A stretch of 64,000 nt of DNA from an uncultured Mycoplasmatota bacterium (GTDB lineage Bacteria; Bacillota_I; Bacilli_A; RF39; UBA660), in NCBI GenBank assembly GCA_947165285.1, contig CAMUZS010000003.1, positions 87,598 through 151,597 of the forward strand, written 5' to 3'. This document shows, piece after piece, positions 20,870 to 32,522 of the stretch; within the stretch, counting starts at the first letter, position 1; the number at the start of each line of letters is the position of its first letter. Made by a program: the position numbers and the translations under genes. The notes under the pieces are model-generated. The model did not search any database, was not told where the DNA came from, and saw only the letters and a list, made by a program, of their open reading frames with translations.

Positions 20870-22135
20870 TTAATTAAATTTATATGGATTTTCTATAGAA
20901 CCGTCACCACTTACTGTTTTATCTCCTTTTATATTTATAACAGGTCTTATTTTATTAATAGTATTAACAACACTTGCATCTATTTTTCCAGTTGATGTAA
21001 CTATTCCAACATAAGCTCTACCATTAAAAATTGCAGGTGACATTGTATAATAATCATTACCATTATATAAATAATAATCATAATTATCTTGATTTGATAA
21101 TCCACCAATAATTGCAACTTCATCCATAGTAATTAAACCTATTTTATATTTTTTAGAACCACCATATTCTAAAGATGTTTCACTACATTCAATACTAGGT
21201 TCAAACTTTTCAAAATTTCTAATAAACGATCCATAATTATATCTATAAGTTTTAATTGAACTTACATCAACACAATAAGGCTTTTCAATAATATCTCCAT
21301 CGTAATCAGATAATTTTTCCTTATAAAAATTATCAATATAATCTTTTAGTTTACTTTCATCATATGCAACGCTTTTTTCTTGATAAATTGCATCAGTATA
21401 ATTACTCTCTAAATCATTTCCATCATACATAATCTTTATAGTATTATCATCATTTATCGCTAAAATCTTCCAATTCATATTAGCAAATTTTAAATTATTA
21501 TTATTATAATCACCTTTAATATATTTATTTTCATTTATATTTATTAAATTATTATCTATATTATTAGATAATTTTTCAGAAAAAGTTTCTACATTATCTG
21601 AAGAAATGTAATATTTTGCATTAAAAATATTTTTACTTTCTGATAATGCATTATCATCATCAAACCAAATTCTAAAATTAACTCTTTTTGTACTTCTTGA
21701 AGGTAGTTCTATTTTTAAAACTTTATATATTTTTTTTATTTCTTCATTAACATCAATTCCATTTAACTTATTTAAATTAATAAAACTAAGTGATTCATCA
21801 CCATTAACACTAACTTTCATTTTATCATCACTTATTAAAGATTTATCATAAACATCTAAATAAAGATAAGCATTTTCATTTGAATTACAACTATTAGATA
21901 TTGTTATAGTATTAGGTATAGTTGTATTACCATCTTCATCAGACAAAGCTCTTGGATTAACCATATTAATTATTTGGTCATCACTATAAATAACATTTAT
22001 ACATTCATTAGTATTTATAGCTAAAAAATCATCCTTTTTAGACATTGTCCAAAGTTCATAATGTGTTAAAACTAAAACATTTATTACTAACAATACTAAT
22101 ATTACAATTATTCTTGTTTTATACCTTGAGTTCAC
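20870..22135 (-). CDS. signal-anchored secreted protein with C-terminal ...IRPVINIKGD...PYKF domain
   Basis: N-terminal TM. The C-terminal half shares loose motifs with the 811-aa protein (NWKILAINDDN vs VIWQIFYFDADN; IRPVINI vs VRPVVAL). GTG start at 22135 with AAGGTGA RBS is preferred over 22144. Confidence 0.6.
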   Translation of the reverse strand: MNSRYKTRIIVILVLLVINVLVLTHYELWTMSKKDDFLAINTNECINVIYSDDQIINMVNPRALSDEDGNTTIPNTITISNSCNSNENAYLYLDVYDKSLISDDKMKVSVNGDESLSFINLNKLNGIDVNEEIKKIYKVLKIELPSRSTKRVNFRIWFDDDNALSESKNIFNAKYYISSDNVETFSEKLSNNIDNNLININENKYIKGDYNNNNLKFANMNWKILAINDDNTIKIMYDGNDLESNYTDAIYQEKSVAYDESKLKDYIDNFYKEKLSDYDGDIIEKPYCVDVSSIKTYRYNYGSFIRNFEKFEPSIECSETSLEYGGSKKYKIGLITMDEVAIIGGLSNQDNYDYYLYNGNDYYTMSPAIFNGRAYVGIVTSTGKIDASVVNTINKIRPVINIKGDKTVSGDGSIENPYKFN

Positions 22136-22199
22136 TATCTTCACCTTCTATTTAATGATACTATATGTCAATAAGAAAGTCAAAGAAAAAAGGAGAATA

Positions 22200-23660
22200 T
22201 TATTCTCCATTAGTAATTTTCTTAACCAATTCTTTTGCTTCATTAATTGATTCTTCAGTTGGTATCATTACATATAATTTTTGCCTTGGATAAGAATATG
22301 TAAATTCTGATCCATTCTTACCATCCATTACAAGTTTTTCTACTTGCCAATCAATATTTTTATCAATTTGCATCTTAATAAATTTCTTCATACTTTCATC
22401 ATCTAAATTAGTAATAAATGTACTAGATAATGCATCTAATAAAGATGTATAATTAGTAATTATTTTAGGAGAAGTTACTTTATCAAGAATTGCTTCAATA
22501 ATTGCTTCTTGATGAGCTCCACGAACTCTATCCCCATCATTAAATGAATGTCTTTCTCTAGCAAATGATAATGCTTCTTTACCATTTAAAGTATTCCATC
22601 CCTTATAATACATATATTCCTCAGTTGTATTATCATCATATAATCCTGATTTAAATGTATAATCACTATATACTCTAATACCACCTAGTTTATCTACTAT
22701 TTTAATTAATGAAGTAAAATTAAATTTAACATAATAATTTATATTTATATCAAGTAATTTTTCAATAGTTTTAACTGATGTATTAATTCCATAAATACCA
22801 GCATGTGTTAATTTATCCTTAAGTCCATTTTTCTTATATAATTGAACATAATAATCTCTTGGAATATCAACAAGTGCTATCTTATGAGTTTTTGGATTAA
22901 CACTAACAATAATATTAACATCAGATCTTGATTGTGTTTTTATACTTCCATAAGTATCAATACCACTAATATATATATTAAATGGATTATTAGTAATATC
23001 TGTATCTTTTTTTACTTCTTCTTCAATTACTTCTATTTCAAAAGATTCTAATATTTTTGTTTTACTACTATAATTTTCATAATTTTCTTCTAATATTTTT
23101 TCTTGTGATTCTTCAATTAAAAATGCCATAACCTCATCTTTTAATAATGCATCAGTTACTGAATATGAATCTTCATAAAACTTATTATTTGTTTTAACTT
23201 TTTTTTCTAATTCTGAAGTTGCTTTTTTATATCCATCTTCATCAATTTCAATTAAACCAAATGATTCATCTTTTAAATCTTTTAGTTCATTAAATTTACT
23301 ATTACTTTTAACAACAATCATATATTTTTCAATAACTTTATTATTATTACCACTTATTACTTCAAAAAAATTATCAGTCTTACATTCATAAAAGATACCT
23401 ACTCCATATGTAATACTTAAAATTAAAAATAAAAATACTCCTAATTTTCTTTTCTTCTTTTTTTTCAAAAATATCATAGTAATAATATCAAGTATAACCA
23501 ATAAAATAGCTAAAGGAATAGAAAATTTCATTGGCAAAACATTCAATTTAAAAGTAATAACTATCAAAGCAATAGTTAAAACATTTATTAATAACATCAT
23601 TAGTTTTACTAAAAATGGTAATGATCTTCTTTTAGTATGTTTAGTCTTATCTTTCTTCAT
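22200..23660 (-). CDS. LytR-CpsA-Psr (LCP) family cell-wall polymer transferase
   Basis: N-terminal TMs. LCP core SRSDVNIIVSVNPKTHKIALVDIPRDYY and ALSFARERHSFNDGDRVRGAHQ. Confidence 0.85.
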   Translation of the reverse strand: MKKDKTKHTKRRSLPFLVKLMMLLINVLTIALIVITFKLNVLPMKFSIPLAILLVILDIITMIFLKKKKKRKLGVFLFLILSITYGVGIFYECKTDNFFEVISGNNNKVIEKYMIVVKSNSKFNELKDLKDESFGLIEIDEDGYKKATSELEKKVKTNNKFYEDSYSVTDALLKDEVMAFLIEESQEKILEENYENYSSKTKILESFEIEVIEEEVKKDTDITNNPFNIYISGIDTYGSIKTQSRSDVNIIVSVNPKTHKIALVDIPRDYYVQLYKKNGLKDKLTHAGIYGINTSVKTIEKLLDININYYVKFNFTSLIKIVDKLGGIRVYSDYTFKSGLYDDNTTEEYMYYKGWNTLNGKEALSFARERHSFNDGDRVRGAHQEAIIEAILDKVTSPKIITNYTSLLDALSSTFITNLDDESMKKFIKMQIDKNIDWQVEKLVMDGKNGSEFTYSYPRQKLYVMIPTEESINEAKELVKKITNGE

Positions 23661-24291
23661 AATTAGCTCCTATTATATTCAATCTTTGTAAATCATTTAT
23701 TATTTTATTTCCACAAGATTCAATAAATAATAATATTTGATCTATATTTATCATAACAGTTTTTTTATTATCCATTTCTTGAATTAATAAACTCATTTTA
23801 TCAACTAATATATTTAGTTTATCAACAGGTATTTCATCAATATTACTTTTAGGGTATTCTATTTCATTTTGAAAATAATATAAATCCAACATATATTTAT
23901 CAATTAACTCTTGATTTAATCTAGTATAATCATTATAAAGTAATTTTTTCATGGCCATATAAGTAACATTATTATCCTTAGTATAATCTCCTATATATTC
24001 ATAAACATAATCTTTAAACCAATAATAATCTGTTAATAAATGAATTAAATATCCTAGTTCAAAAGGTTTATCTAAATCATTTTTATATTTATCAATAAAT
24101 CTTTTATAATGAGGAGGAGTATCCTCTTTTTCATGTAAATCTAAAAAATGAGATTTATTCTTATTTTCACCTATTTGCTTTGCAATATCTGGAGCAATTG
24201 CACCAAGTGATAACAATCTCTCATCCATTTGTAAAAATGAATTAACTTTTTTAGCTACACATAAATGAATTACTGCTGAAGCCACTTTCAA
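23647..24291 (-). CDS. putative metal-dependent hydrolase (zinc phospholipase C-like family), tentative
   Basis: HLCVAKKV..., GAIAPDI...SHF and GYLIHLLTDYYW resemble this family. The start may be the GTG at 24285 (AGGTGA RBS). Confidence 0.4.
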   Translation of the reverse strand: MKVASAVIHLCVAKKVNSFLQMDERLLSLGAIAPDIAKQIGENKNKSHFLDLHEKEDTPPHYKRFIDKYKNDLDKPFELGYLIHLLTDYYWFKDYVYEYIGDYTKDNNVTYMAMKKLLYNDYTRLNQELIDKYMLDLYYFQNEIEYPKSNIDEIPVDKLNILVDKMSLLIQEMDNKKTVMINIDQILLFIESCGNKIINDLQRLNIIGANYEER

Positions 24292-24392
24292 TCACCTAAA
24301 CAAAATTATACTATTATAATAATTATTTTTTAAGAGATAACTATTTACTTGACATAGTTATATACATAAAAAAAATAGATAAATCTATTTTT

Positions 24393-26525
24393 TTAATTTT
24401 GAAATTGTGAATTATATAGTTCAGCATAAACACCATTTAAATTTAATAAATACTCATGTTTTCCTTGTTCAACAATATTGCCATCTTTCATAACAAGTAT
24501 TAAATCAGCATTTTTTATTGTTGATAATCTATGTGCTATAATAAATGACGTTTTATTTTTTATTAGTTTATCCATTGCATTTTGTACCAATTCTTCAGTT
24601 CTTGTATCAACATTAGAAGTTGCTTCATCTAAAATTAAAAACGGTGCATTTTCAACCATACCTCTAGCAATTGTTAAAAGTTGCTTTTGACCTGATGATA
24701 TTGAATCATTTTCTTCGATTAAAGTATCAAAACCATTAGGTAGTGTATTAATAAAATGTGTAAGACCAACATTATCACATATTTCTTTTAATTTAACATT
24801 TGATATATTATTTTTATTAAATAATATATTATCTTTTATCGTTCCTTTAAATAACCAAGTATCTTGAAGAACCATAGTAAATAATAAATGAATATTTTCT
24901 CTAGATAATTCTTTTATAGATACACCATCTATTTTAATATCTCCATCTTTAATATCATAAAACTTCATAAGTAAATTTACCATAGTTGTTTTACCTGCTC
25001 CAGTTGGTCCAACTATAGCAACCTTTTGACCAGCACTTACTTTAGCACTAAAATCTTTAATAATTACTTTATCATCATTATATGAAAATTTAACATGTTC
25101 AAATTCAATATTTCCTTTAACCTCATCTTTATCAAGTATTTTTTCAATATTTTCTTCCTTATCCATTTCTTCTTCATCTAAAAATTCAAATACTCTTTCA
25201 GATGCAGCTGCAGTAGATTGAAGCGAAGTAAATGCTTGAGCTATTTGAGAAAGTGGTTGAGTAAATAATCTAACATAAGTTATAAATGCTACAATTACAC
25301 CAAATGTAATCATACTTTTAGCAGTTAATATTGCACCAACTACACAAACTGCAACATACCCTAAATTACCAATAAACATCATTGATGAAGGCATTAAACC
25401 TGCAAGAAATTGACTTTTTCTATTAGCCTCATATACATTTTTATTTAACTCATTAAATTTCTTATCTGATTCTTTCTTTCCATTATATGCCTTTACAACT
25501 AAAAGACCAGAATAAACTTCTTCGATATGAGAATTTAATTTTCCTAATTCTCTTTGTCTATCTTTAAAATACTTTTGAGATTTTGAAAGCAATAATCCCA
25601 TAGAAACAAATCCTATAATACTTGCAATTATAGCTGTAAAAGCCATAATATAATTTGTTATGAACATCATTATTGTAGTACCTACAAATAAGGTGAGTGA
25701 ACTTACTAAAGGAGCAAGAGATTGATTCATTGATTGAGCAATAGTATCAGTATCGTTTGTAACACGAGATAAAGTATCTCCTACTTGATTCTTATCAAAA
25801 AATTTAAGTGGTAATCTATTTATTTTATGAGAAATTCTAGTTCTTAATTCTTTTGCAAAATTATTAGATACAATAGTCATAGCAATAGATTGTAAAAATG
25901 AAAACAATGCACTAGCTATATATAAAATAGCTAGAACAATACTTATTCTTTTAATCATATCAATATTCATAAATGGTTTAATTACATCTTGAATATTTTT
26001 TGGCAATTCATCCACTTTTTCATATATTACTTGTGATGTTGCATTACTATCTAAAGAAGACATTATTTTTATAAATTCCAATTGATCTTTTGAATTTATC
26101 TTAATTTTATCAATTTCAAATTCAGGTAATATATAGTTAATTGTATTATCAGATAAATTAGAAATATTATTAACTATGCTATTTTGATCATCAATATTTA
26201 TTTTTGAAATCATTACTAAAAAATCATTCTTTTCAGTTTCAGTTAAATCAGACTCATTAATTTTATTATAATCTATGTTACTTAAATTACTTTTAATTTT
26301 GTTAGATAATAATTCTATATTATCTTTTTTTACAATTAAACCTTGAGTAATTTCATCAGTAAGTTTTGATAATTTATTTGGTGCAACAATTGAAAGAATT
26401 GAACCAAGTGCTGCCATTATTAACGCAAGAAATATTATAATCTTAAATAATTTTAATTCCCTAAATAATCTTGATATTGCTTTAAAGAAGTCCTTAGATT
26501 TTTCTTGTTCTTTACCTCTATGCAT
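24393..26525 (-). CDS. ABC exporter, fused permease/ATPase (longer BmrD-like partner)
   Basis: Six-TM exporter domain, Walker A GPTGAGKTT, signature SSGQKQ, Walker B FLILDEATS. Overlaps the upstream partner gene. Confidence 0.9.
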   Translation of the reverse strand: MHRGKEQEKSKDFFKAISRLFRELKLFKIIIFLALIMAALGSILSIVAPNKLSKLTDEITQGLIVKKDNIELLSNKIKSNLSNIDYNKINESDLTETEKNDFLVMISKINIDDQNSIVNNISNLSDNTINYILPEFEIDKIKINSKDQLEFIKIMSSLDSNATSQVIYEKVDELPKNIQDVIKPFMNIDMIKRISIVLAILYIASALFSFLQSIAMTIVSNNFAKELRTRISHKINRLPLKFFDKNQVGDTLSRVTNDTDTIAQSMNQSLAPLVSSLTLFVGTTIMMFITNYIMAFTAIIASIIGFVSMGLLLSKSQKYFKDRQRELGKLNSHIEEVYSGLLVVKAYNGKKESDKKFNELNKNVYEANRKSQFLAGLMPSSMMFIGNLGYVAVCVVGAILTAKSMITFGVIVAFITYVRLFTQPLSQIAQAFTSLQSTAAASERVFEFLDEEEMDKEENIEKILDKDEVKGNIEFEHVKFSYNDDKVIIKDFSAKVSAGQKVAIVGPTGAGKTTMVNLLMKFYDIKDGDIKIDGVSIKELSRENIHLLFTMVLQDTWLFKGTIKDNILFNKNNISNVKLKEICDNVGLTHFINTLPNGFDTLIEENDSISSGQKQLLTIARGMVENAPFLILDEATSNVDTRTEELVQNAMDKLIKNKTSFIIAHRLSTIKNADLILVMKDGNIVEQGKHEYLLNLNGVYAELYNSQFQN

Positions 26526-28278
26526 TATAAAGTTCCTCCTTTGAAAGTTGTGATAATGCTATTTGTTTATAAACATCACAATTTTTAAGTAAATATTCAT
26601 GACTACCTTGGCCAACACATTTTCCATTATCTAAAACTATAATTTTATCAGCATTTAAAATAGTACCTATTCTTTGGGCAACTATCATAACACTTGCACC
26701 TTTAGTATATCTTTTTAATTCTTTTCTTAAAGTAGCATCTGTTTTAAAATCAAGTGCAGAAAAAGAATCATCAAATATATATATTTCAGGATCCCTTGCA
26801 ATAGCTCTAGCAATTGATAATCGTTGTTTTTGACCTCCAGAAATATTTGTTCCACTTTGTGCTATATGAGAATCTAAATTTTTTTCTAAACTATTAACAA
26901 ATTCACTTGCTTGTGCAACATCAATAGCTTCTTGAACTTTTTCATCACTTATTTCTTTTTTACCATTATCACCATACTTAATATTAGATTTTACACTACC
27001 ATTAAACATTATAGCTTTTTGAGATACATATCCAATTTTATTATGAAGCTCTTCTTGTGTATAATCTCTAACGTCTATTCCATCTACTAAAATACTACCC
27101 TTAGATACATCATAAAATCTAGGTACTAAATTTATTAATGTAGATTTACCTGATCCAGTTGATCCAATAAATGCAATAGTTTCACCCTTATTTAGTTTAA
27201 ATGAAATATCTTCAAGTAAATACTCATTTGCATCTGGATATTTAAATGAAACATTTTTAAATTCAACTGTTCCCTCTTCAGTTGTTTTTATATTTCCTTT
27301 TCCATCAATAATTGATTCTTTAGTATTTAAAACTTCATTAATCCTTTTTGCACTTACTTGTGCACGAGGAACCATCATAAATATTACAGCCAACATTAAA
27401 AACGACATTATAACTTGAATAGCATATGATGAAAACACTACCATATCACCAAATATAGATAACTTATCAACCATTAAAGCATCTTTAATCATAAATGCAC
27501 CAACAAAATAAATAGATAGTGTTAAAAAATATAAAACTAAAAACATTAAAGGCATCATAACAGAAAATGCTTTTTGAGAAAATAATTGAATATTAGTTAA
27601 TTCATCATTAGTATTTGTAAATTTTTGTAATTGATATTCTTCTGCATTAAAAGCTCTGATAACTCTTATACCAGTTAAATTTTCTCTAGTAATAGAATTT
27701 AGTTTATCAGTTAATTTTTGAAGTTTTTTAAATTTAGGAATAACAATAATTATTAAAAGTATTACAGTTGTTAATAAAACAATAACTCCAATACCAGTTA
27801 AAGCAGACCATTGCCAACTCTTATTTAATATTTTTGTTACTGCCCATACTGCAGTAATTGGTGACTTAATAATCAACTGAAGTCCCATAGCAATTAACAT
27901 TTGTATTTGAGTAATGTCATTAGTAGTTCTAGTAATTAAACTACTTGTTGAAAAACCTTTTACTTCATGCATTCCCAAGTTCTCAACTTTATTAAACACT
28001 TTTTTTCTTATATTAAAAGACAAAGATGCAGCAGCATTAGCTACAAAATATCCAACAATAATTGAAGTTAATAAACTACCAAGGGCACATAAAAGCATGT
28101 ATGTACCATTTCTTAAAATATCAAATATATTACTTCCTTCAGTTTGAACAAGTTTAGTTATTTCTGCCATATAATCAGGCATTTTCAAATCTAAAAATAC
28201 TTGAATTATTATCAATATAAAACTAAATAATATAAACAAAATATCTTTTTTAGTAAAATTCTTAAATAATTTAAACAT
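26518..28278 (-). CDS. ABC exporter, fused permease/ATPase (BmrC-like partner)
   Basis: Walker A GSTGSGKST, signature SGGQKQR, Walker B IYIFDDSFSALD. Confidence 0.9.
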   Translation of the reverse strand: MFKLFKNFTKKDILFILFSFILIIIQVFLDLKMPDYMAEITKLVQTEGSNIFDILRNGTYMLLCALGSLLTSIIVGYFVANAAASLSFNIRKKVFNKVENLGMHEVKGFSTSSLITRTTNDITQIQMLIAMGLQLIIKSPITAVWAVTKILNKSWQWSALTGIGVIVLLTTVILLIIIVIPKFKKLQKLTDKLNSITRENLTGIRVIRAFNAEEYQLQKFTNTNDELTNIQLFSQKAFSVMMPLMFLVLYFLTLSIYFVGAFMIKDALMVDKLSIFGDMVVFSSYAIQVIMSFLMLAVIFMMVPRAQVSAKRINEVLNTKESIIDGKGNIKTTEEGTVEFKNVSFKYPDANEYLLEDISFKLNKGETIAFIGSTGSGKSTLINLVPRFYDVSKGSILVDGIDVRDYTQEELHNKIGYVSQKAIMFNGSVKSNIKYGDNGKKEISDEKVQEAIDVAQASEFVNSLEKNLDSHIAQSGTNISGGQKQRLSIARAIARDPEIYIFDDSFSALDFKTDATLRKELKRYTKGASVMIVAQRIGTILNADKIIVLDNGKCVGQGSHEYLLKNCDVYKQIALSQLSKEELYNA

Positions 28279-28355
28279 AAAAGTCCTCCATAATATATTT
28301 ATTAAATCGACTATATAATAATAACATAAAAAATAAAAAAATGTAATTCATTACA

Positions 28356-30374
28356 TTATTTTTCATAATCGCAAGAACTACATTTTATTTTATCTTTTTT
28401 CTCAGTTAATAAACTATTACAATTTGGACATAACTCTCCAGTAGGTTTATCCCAAAGTGCAGTTTTACATTTAGGATAATTATTACATCCATAAAATGAT
28501 TTGCCTTTTCTTGTTCTTTTTTCAATTATTTTCCCATCACAATTTGGACAATCACATATTTCAATTATTTCTTTTTCTTCTTTTTTTATATATTTACACT
28601 CTGGATAATTTGAACAAGCAATAAATTCTCCATATCTTCCTTTTCTTATAACTAAAGGACTATTACATTCTGGACAATTTTCTCCAGTTTCTTGAGGAGC
28701 CTTTTTCTCCATATTAGAAAAAGCATCTTCTACTAAAGGTTCAAATTTATTCCAAAAATCATTTAAAACTTTAATATTATCTTTATTATTATCAGCAATT
28801 TCATCTAAATCTTCTTCCATATTAGCTGTATACTCAACATTTATAATATCAGCAAAAAACTCTTGTAATTTATCTGTTGTTTCAATACCAATATCTGTTG
28901 GATGAAATTTCTTTTCTTCAATTATTACATAACCTCTTGTTTTTAATGTTTCAATAATTGTTGCATAAGTTGAAGGTCTTCCTATTCCAAGAGATTCTAA
29001 TTCTTTAATTAATGAACTTTCACTAAATCTAGCTGGTGGTTTTGTAAAATGTTGTTCAGATTTTATTTCTTTTGAAACTAATTTATCTACACCAGTTAAA
29101 TCTGGAAGATTATTATCATCTTCTTCATTATCTTTATAAACTTTTAAATAACCATCAAATGTAATTACAGAACCAGTAGCCTTAAAAATATAATCATTAT
29201 TATTTAAAAGAATTGTAGTTTGTAAATACTTTGAATCAGCCATTAAACAAGATAATGCTCTATCATAAATAAGTTTATAAACTTTATATTCATCAGCACT
29301 TAAATATTTTTTTATACTTTCAGGATCTCTTTTTATCGATGTTGGACGAATTCCTTCATGTGCATCTTGAACATTATCACTTTTTTTAGATTTTTTTACA
29401 TATCCAACATATTCTTTACCAAAATTATCTTCAATATATTTTAGTGTTTCATCAATAAATAATGGAGATAATCTGGTACTATCAGTTCTCATATATGTAA
29501 TTAAACCAACAGTTTCTTTTCCTATATCTACACCCTCATATAATTTTTGAGCAATTCTCATTGTCTTAGATGCAGAAAAATTAAGTTTATTAACAGCAGC
29601 TTGTTGCAAAGTTGATGTTATAAAAACAACTTTAGATGCACGCTTTTTTTCCTTTTGTTCAACATTATCTATTAAAAATTCTTTTCCTAACTTAGATAAT
29701 ACAAAATTCGTTTCATCTTCATTAGTTAATTTTATCTCTTCATCTTTATATTTAAAAAGATTAGCTTCAAAATCATATTTATCGATTAATGCTGTTATAC
29801 TCCAATATTCTTCAGGAATAAAGCTTTCAATTTCTCTTTCTCTATCAACTATTAATTTTAATGCAACACTTTGAACACGTCCAGCACTCTTGCCACCTGT
29901 TTTTGATTGCATTAACTTAGATAATCTAAAACCTATAATTCTATCTAATATTCTTCTTGTTTCTTGAGATTTAACTAAATTCATATCTATTTTTCTTGGA
30001 TGTTTAAAAGCTTCCTCAACAGCAGGCTTTGTAATTTCATTAAAAACAACTCTTTGATAATTATCTTTTAAACCTAGAGCATCTTGTAGATGCCAAGAAA
30101 TAGCTTCTCCTTCTCTATCAGGGTCTGATGCTAAAAATACATTATTACATTCTTTAGCATCACTTTTTAACTCTTTAATTGTAGCTGATTTTCCCTTAAT
30201 AGCAATATAATTTGGTTTAAAATTATCATCTAAATCAATTCCTAAACCATACTTACCAGTAGTAGCTAAATCCCTAATATGTCCTTTGGATGAAACAACT
30301 TTATAATCACTACCTAGATATTTTTCAATAGTTTTACTCTTACTTGGAGATTCAACAATTACTAAGTTTTTCAT
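28356..30374 (-). CDS. topA: DNA topoisomerase I
   Basis: TOPRIM LVIVESPSKSKTIEKYLG and DPDREGEAISWH, active-site Tyr region ITYMRTDSTR, three C-terminal Cys4 zinc ribbons. Confidence 0.96.
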   Translation of the reverse strand: MKNLVIVESPSKSKTIEKYLGSDYKVVSSKGHIRDLATTGKYGLGIDLDDNFKPNYIAIKGKSATIKELKSDAKECNNVFLASDPDREGEAISWHLQDALGLKDNYQRVVFNEITKPAVEEAFKHPRKIDMNLVKSQETRRILDRIIGFRLSKLMQSKTGGKSAGRVQSVALKLIVDREREIESFIPEEYWSITALIDKYDFEANLFKYKDEEIKLTNEDETNFVLSKLGKEFLIDNVEQKEKKRASKVVFITSTLQQAAVNKLNFSASKTMRIAQKLYEGVDIGKETVGLITYMRTDSTRLSPLFIDETLKYIEDNFGKEYVGYVKKSKKSDNVQDAHEGIRPTSIKRDPESIKKYLSADEYKVYKLIYDRALSCLMADSKYLQTTILLNNNDYIFKATGSVITFDGYLKVYKDNEEDDNNLPDLTGVDKLVSKEIKSEQHFTKPPARFSESSLIKELESLGIGRPSTYATIIETLKTRGYVIIEEKKFHPTDIGIETTDKLQEFFADIINVEYTANMEEDLDEIADNNKDNIKVLNDFWNKFEPLVEDAFSNMEKKAPQETGENCPECNSPLVIRKGRYGEFIACSNYPECKYIKKEEKEIIEICDCPNCDGKIIEKRTRKGKSFYGCNNYPKCKTALWDKPTGELCPNCNSLLTEKKDKIKCSSCDYEK

Positions 30375-30380
30375 ATATTG

Positions 30381-32522
30381 TTATTCACCCTTTTCATTTT
30401 TTTCTTTTTTTACATAGTTTTTATTTTTATCTAATCCTTCACCAGGTTTAAATCCCTTATTTAATTTTTTATTAAGATAAGTAAAATAATCTCTTTTTAT
30501 AGCTAAATTATTCATAGCCATTTCATTTTTAATACTATTATTAATATATGATAATTCTTCATCTGTATAAGTTTCTTCACCTAAATATTTAATCTTACCT
30601 TTAGCAGCATCAAAATAAGCTTTATCACTTCTCCAAGATCCATCTGCAAATGCTACATAATTTGGATAAGCATCACTTAAAAGATCATATCCACCATAAA
30701 GACGTGGGTCATAATCTAAATCAAATAAATTTGCTATAGTTGGAGTAATATTCATAAATGATGTATATTCATAATACTTTTTAGATTCTAATTTAGGATT
30801 ATAAATAATAAATGGAGTTCTATCTACATCACCATTTGATGATATATCATATTTTGTAATTTGTTTAAATGTAGATTCATCAAGACCATATGGTTCATGA
30901 TCTGCATAAATCATTAAAACAGTATCATTTAATTTTCCACTCTTTTCAAGTTCATCTAGTAAAACACCAAACATATCGTCTACAATTTTTAATTTAGACA
31001 TATATCTCTTGTTTTCTAAACTCCATTTTTCCTTTTTAAATAGATTTAAATACTTATCACCAGTTACTGAAGAATAAGAATATTTCATATGAGATGAAAC
31101 AGTTGTCATCCAAGCCATAAATTTATCATTATTAATAAATTTAGGTAAAGCTTTTTTAGCAAAATCATCATCACATGGCCAAGGTTGATATTCAGATCCT
31201 AATCTCATTCCTAAATCGTAAACTCCATAAAATTTTCTACTTCCCATGTTTGGATGATAATCATGTCTATAATAAAAGTGATCGTCAAAATCATGATAAC
31301 TAGAAGTATTATATCCTTGTTCATTAAATAGATTAAATAATGATTCATAATATGTATTGCCTTTGTAAACATTTGCAGTACAATTTCTATTAATTGTATA
31401 AAGCGATGTAATACCACTCATTTCGTTATTTCCTGTTGAACAAGCATTTCTTGGTGAAAAAGCATTTTCCCAAGACCAACCACCATTATATATTTTAGCA
31501 AAATTAGGGAAATACTCTGGATAATTAATTAAAACATTTGACCCAGACTCTATCATAATTACAAGTAAATTTTTTCCTTTAAACATTCCAGTATATTCAT
31601 TTTTTGGTGTTATTTCTTTACTCATAAAATATTCATTTAATTTTTTGAAATCAGGAACAGTTTCTTCATCATTTAGTTTAATCCATTCACTGTCATCAAT
31701 TTCTCTTTTTAAATCATCTTTTACATTATTGAAAATATCTCTTTTTTCAGCAAGCCCTACTTCAACTTCTTCATCAGTTTGAAAAATAAGAGCTTTAATA
31801 TCAACAAATGCAAAACCTTCAATACCAAATTGAGAAACAGCAACTCTAGTCATAGATGGATTTTTAAATGATTGAAGTGCTGTAACTGATTGAGTTTTAT
31901 TTTGCATGAAATCTGCACCTAATGATAAATAATAAAAAATACTAAATACAACTATTGCTAATAAAAATGATAATCTAGTAACTAAATTTTTCTTTTTTAA
32001 TTTCTTTTGTTGTTCTAATCTAGCAGCTTCTTTTTTCTTTTTACCTCTTATTTTATCTATAAATGATACTTCTAAATTTGATTCATATGTATTAATTTTC
32101 TTTTCAAAAAATATAAGATAAATAACAAACAATACAAATGGAATTAAAAGTAAATAATAATGAGGTTTAATACTTTTAATAAAGTCTCCAATAAATCCAG
32201 TAATTGCCTCTGCTTGAGTAGATGTTGCAAGCGACATATAATTTGTAAAATAATCATTAAATCCAGCTTGAGCAATAGCATATATAGTTGCAACTAAAAG
32301 AATTAAGATAATACAAAAATTTCTCCAAAATTTATTAAAGAAAGAAAATATAATTGCTAATAATGAAGAAAAAACTGTAATACCTAAAGCAATTCTTAAA
32401 ACTGACCAATCAAATGGTAATTCCATTACTCCTTTAAATATCATTTCTATTAAAAATATTGCAAAAAACAATAACATAAATGTTCTTAATGTTTTATTAA
32501 TTAGTAATTTCATCTTTTTCAA
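30381..32522 (-). CDS. LTA synthase (LtaS) family sulfatase-fold membrane protein
   Basis: Five N-terminal TM helices plus an extracellular alkaline-phosphatase-like domain (LLVIMIESG, ACSTGNNEMSG, IYADHEPYG). Confidence 0.85.
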   Translation of the reverse strand: MKKMKLLINKTLRTFMLLFFAIFLIEMIFKGVMELPFDWSVLRIALGITVFSSLLAIIFSFFNKFWRNFCIILILLVATIYAIAQAGFNDYFTNYMSLATSTQAEAITGFIGDFIKSIKPHYYLLLIPFVLFVIYLIFFEKKINTYESNLEVSFIDKIRGKKKKEAARLEQQKKLKKKNLVTRLSFLLAIVVFSIFYYLSLGADFMQNKTQSVTALQSFKNPSMTRVAVSQFGIEGFAFVDIKALIFQTDEEVEVGLAEKRDIFNNVKDDLKREIDDSEWIKLNDEETVPDFKKLNEYFMSKEITPKNEYTGMFKGKNLLVIMIESGSNVLINYPEYFPNFAKIYNGGWSWENAFSPRNACSTGNNEMSGITSLYTINRNCTANVYKGNTYYESLFNLFNEQGYNTSSYHDFDDHFYYRHDYHPNMGSRKFYGVYDLGMRLGSEYQPWPCDDDFAKKALPKFINNDKFMAWMTTVSSHMKYSYSSVTGDKYLNLFKKEKWSLENKRYMSKLKIVDDMFGVLLDELEKSGKLNDTVLMIYADHEPYGLDESTFKQITKYDISSNGDVDRTPFIIYNPKLESKKYYEYTSFMNITPTIANLFDLDYDPRLYGGYDLLSDAYPNYVAFADGSWRSDKAYFDAAKGKIKYLGEETYTDEELSYINNSIKNEMAMNNLAIKRDYFTYLNKKLNKGFKPGEGLDKNKNYVKKEKNEKGE

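Noticed and set aside
24393-26525. A ~100-aa extra extracytoplasmic loop between TM1 and TM2 of the 710-aa ABC exporter.
   Set aside because: As I recall, the longer partner of BmrCD/YheHI-type heterodimeric exporters carries an insertion of this kind, so it is probably a family trait rather than a novelty.
24478-28147. Plus-strand ORFs 24478-24690 and 27914-28147.
   Set aside because: Shadow frames antisense to the two ABC exporter genes.
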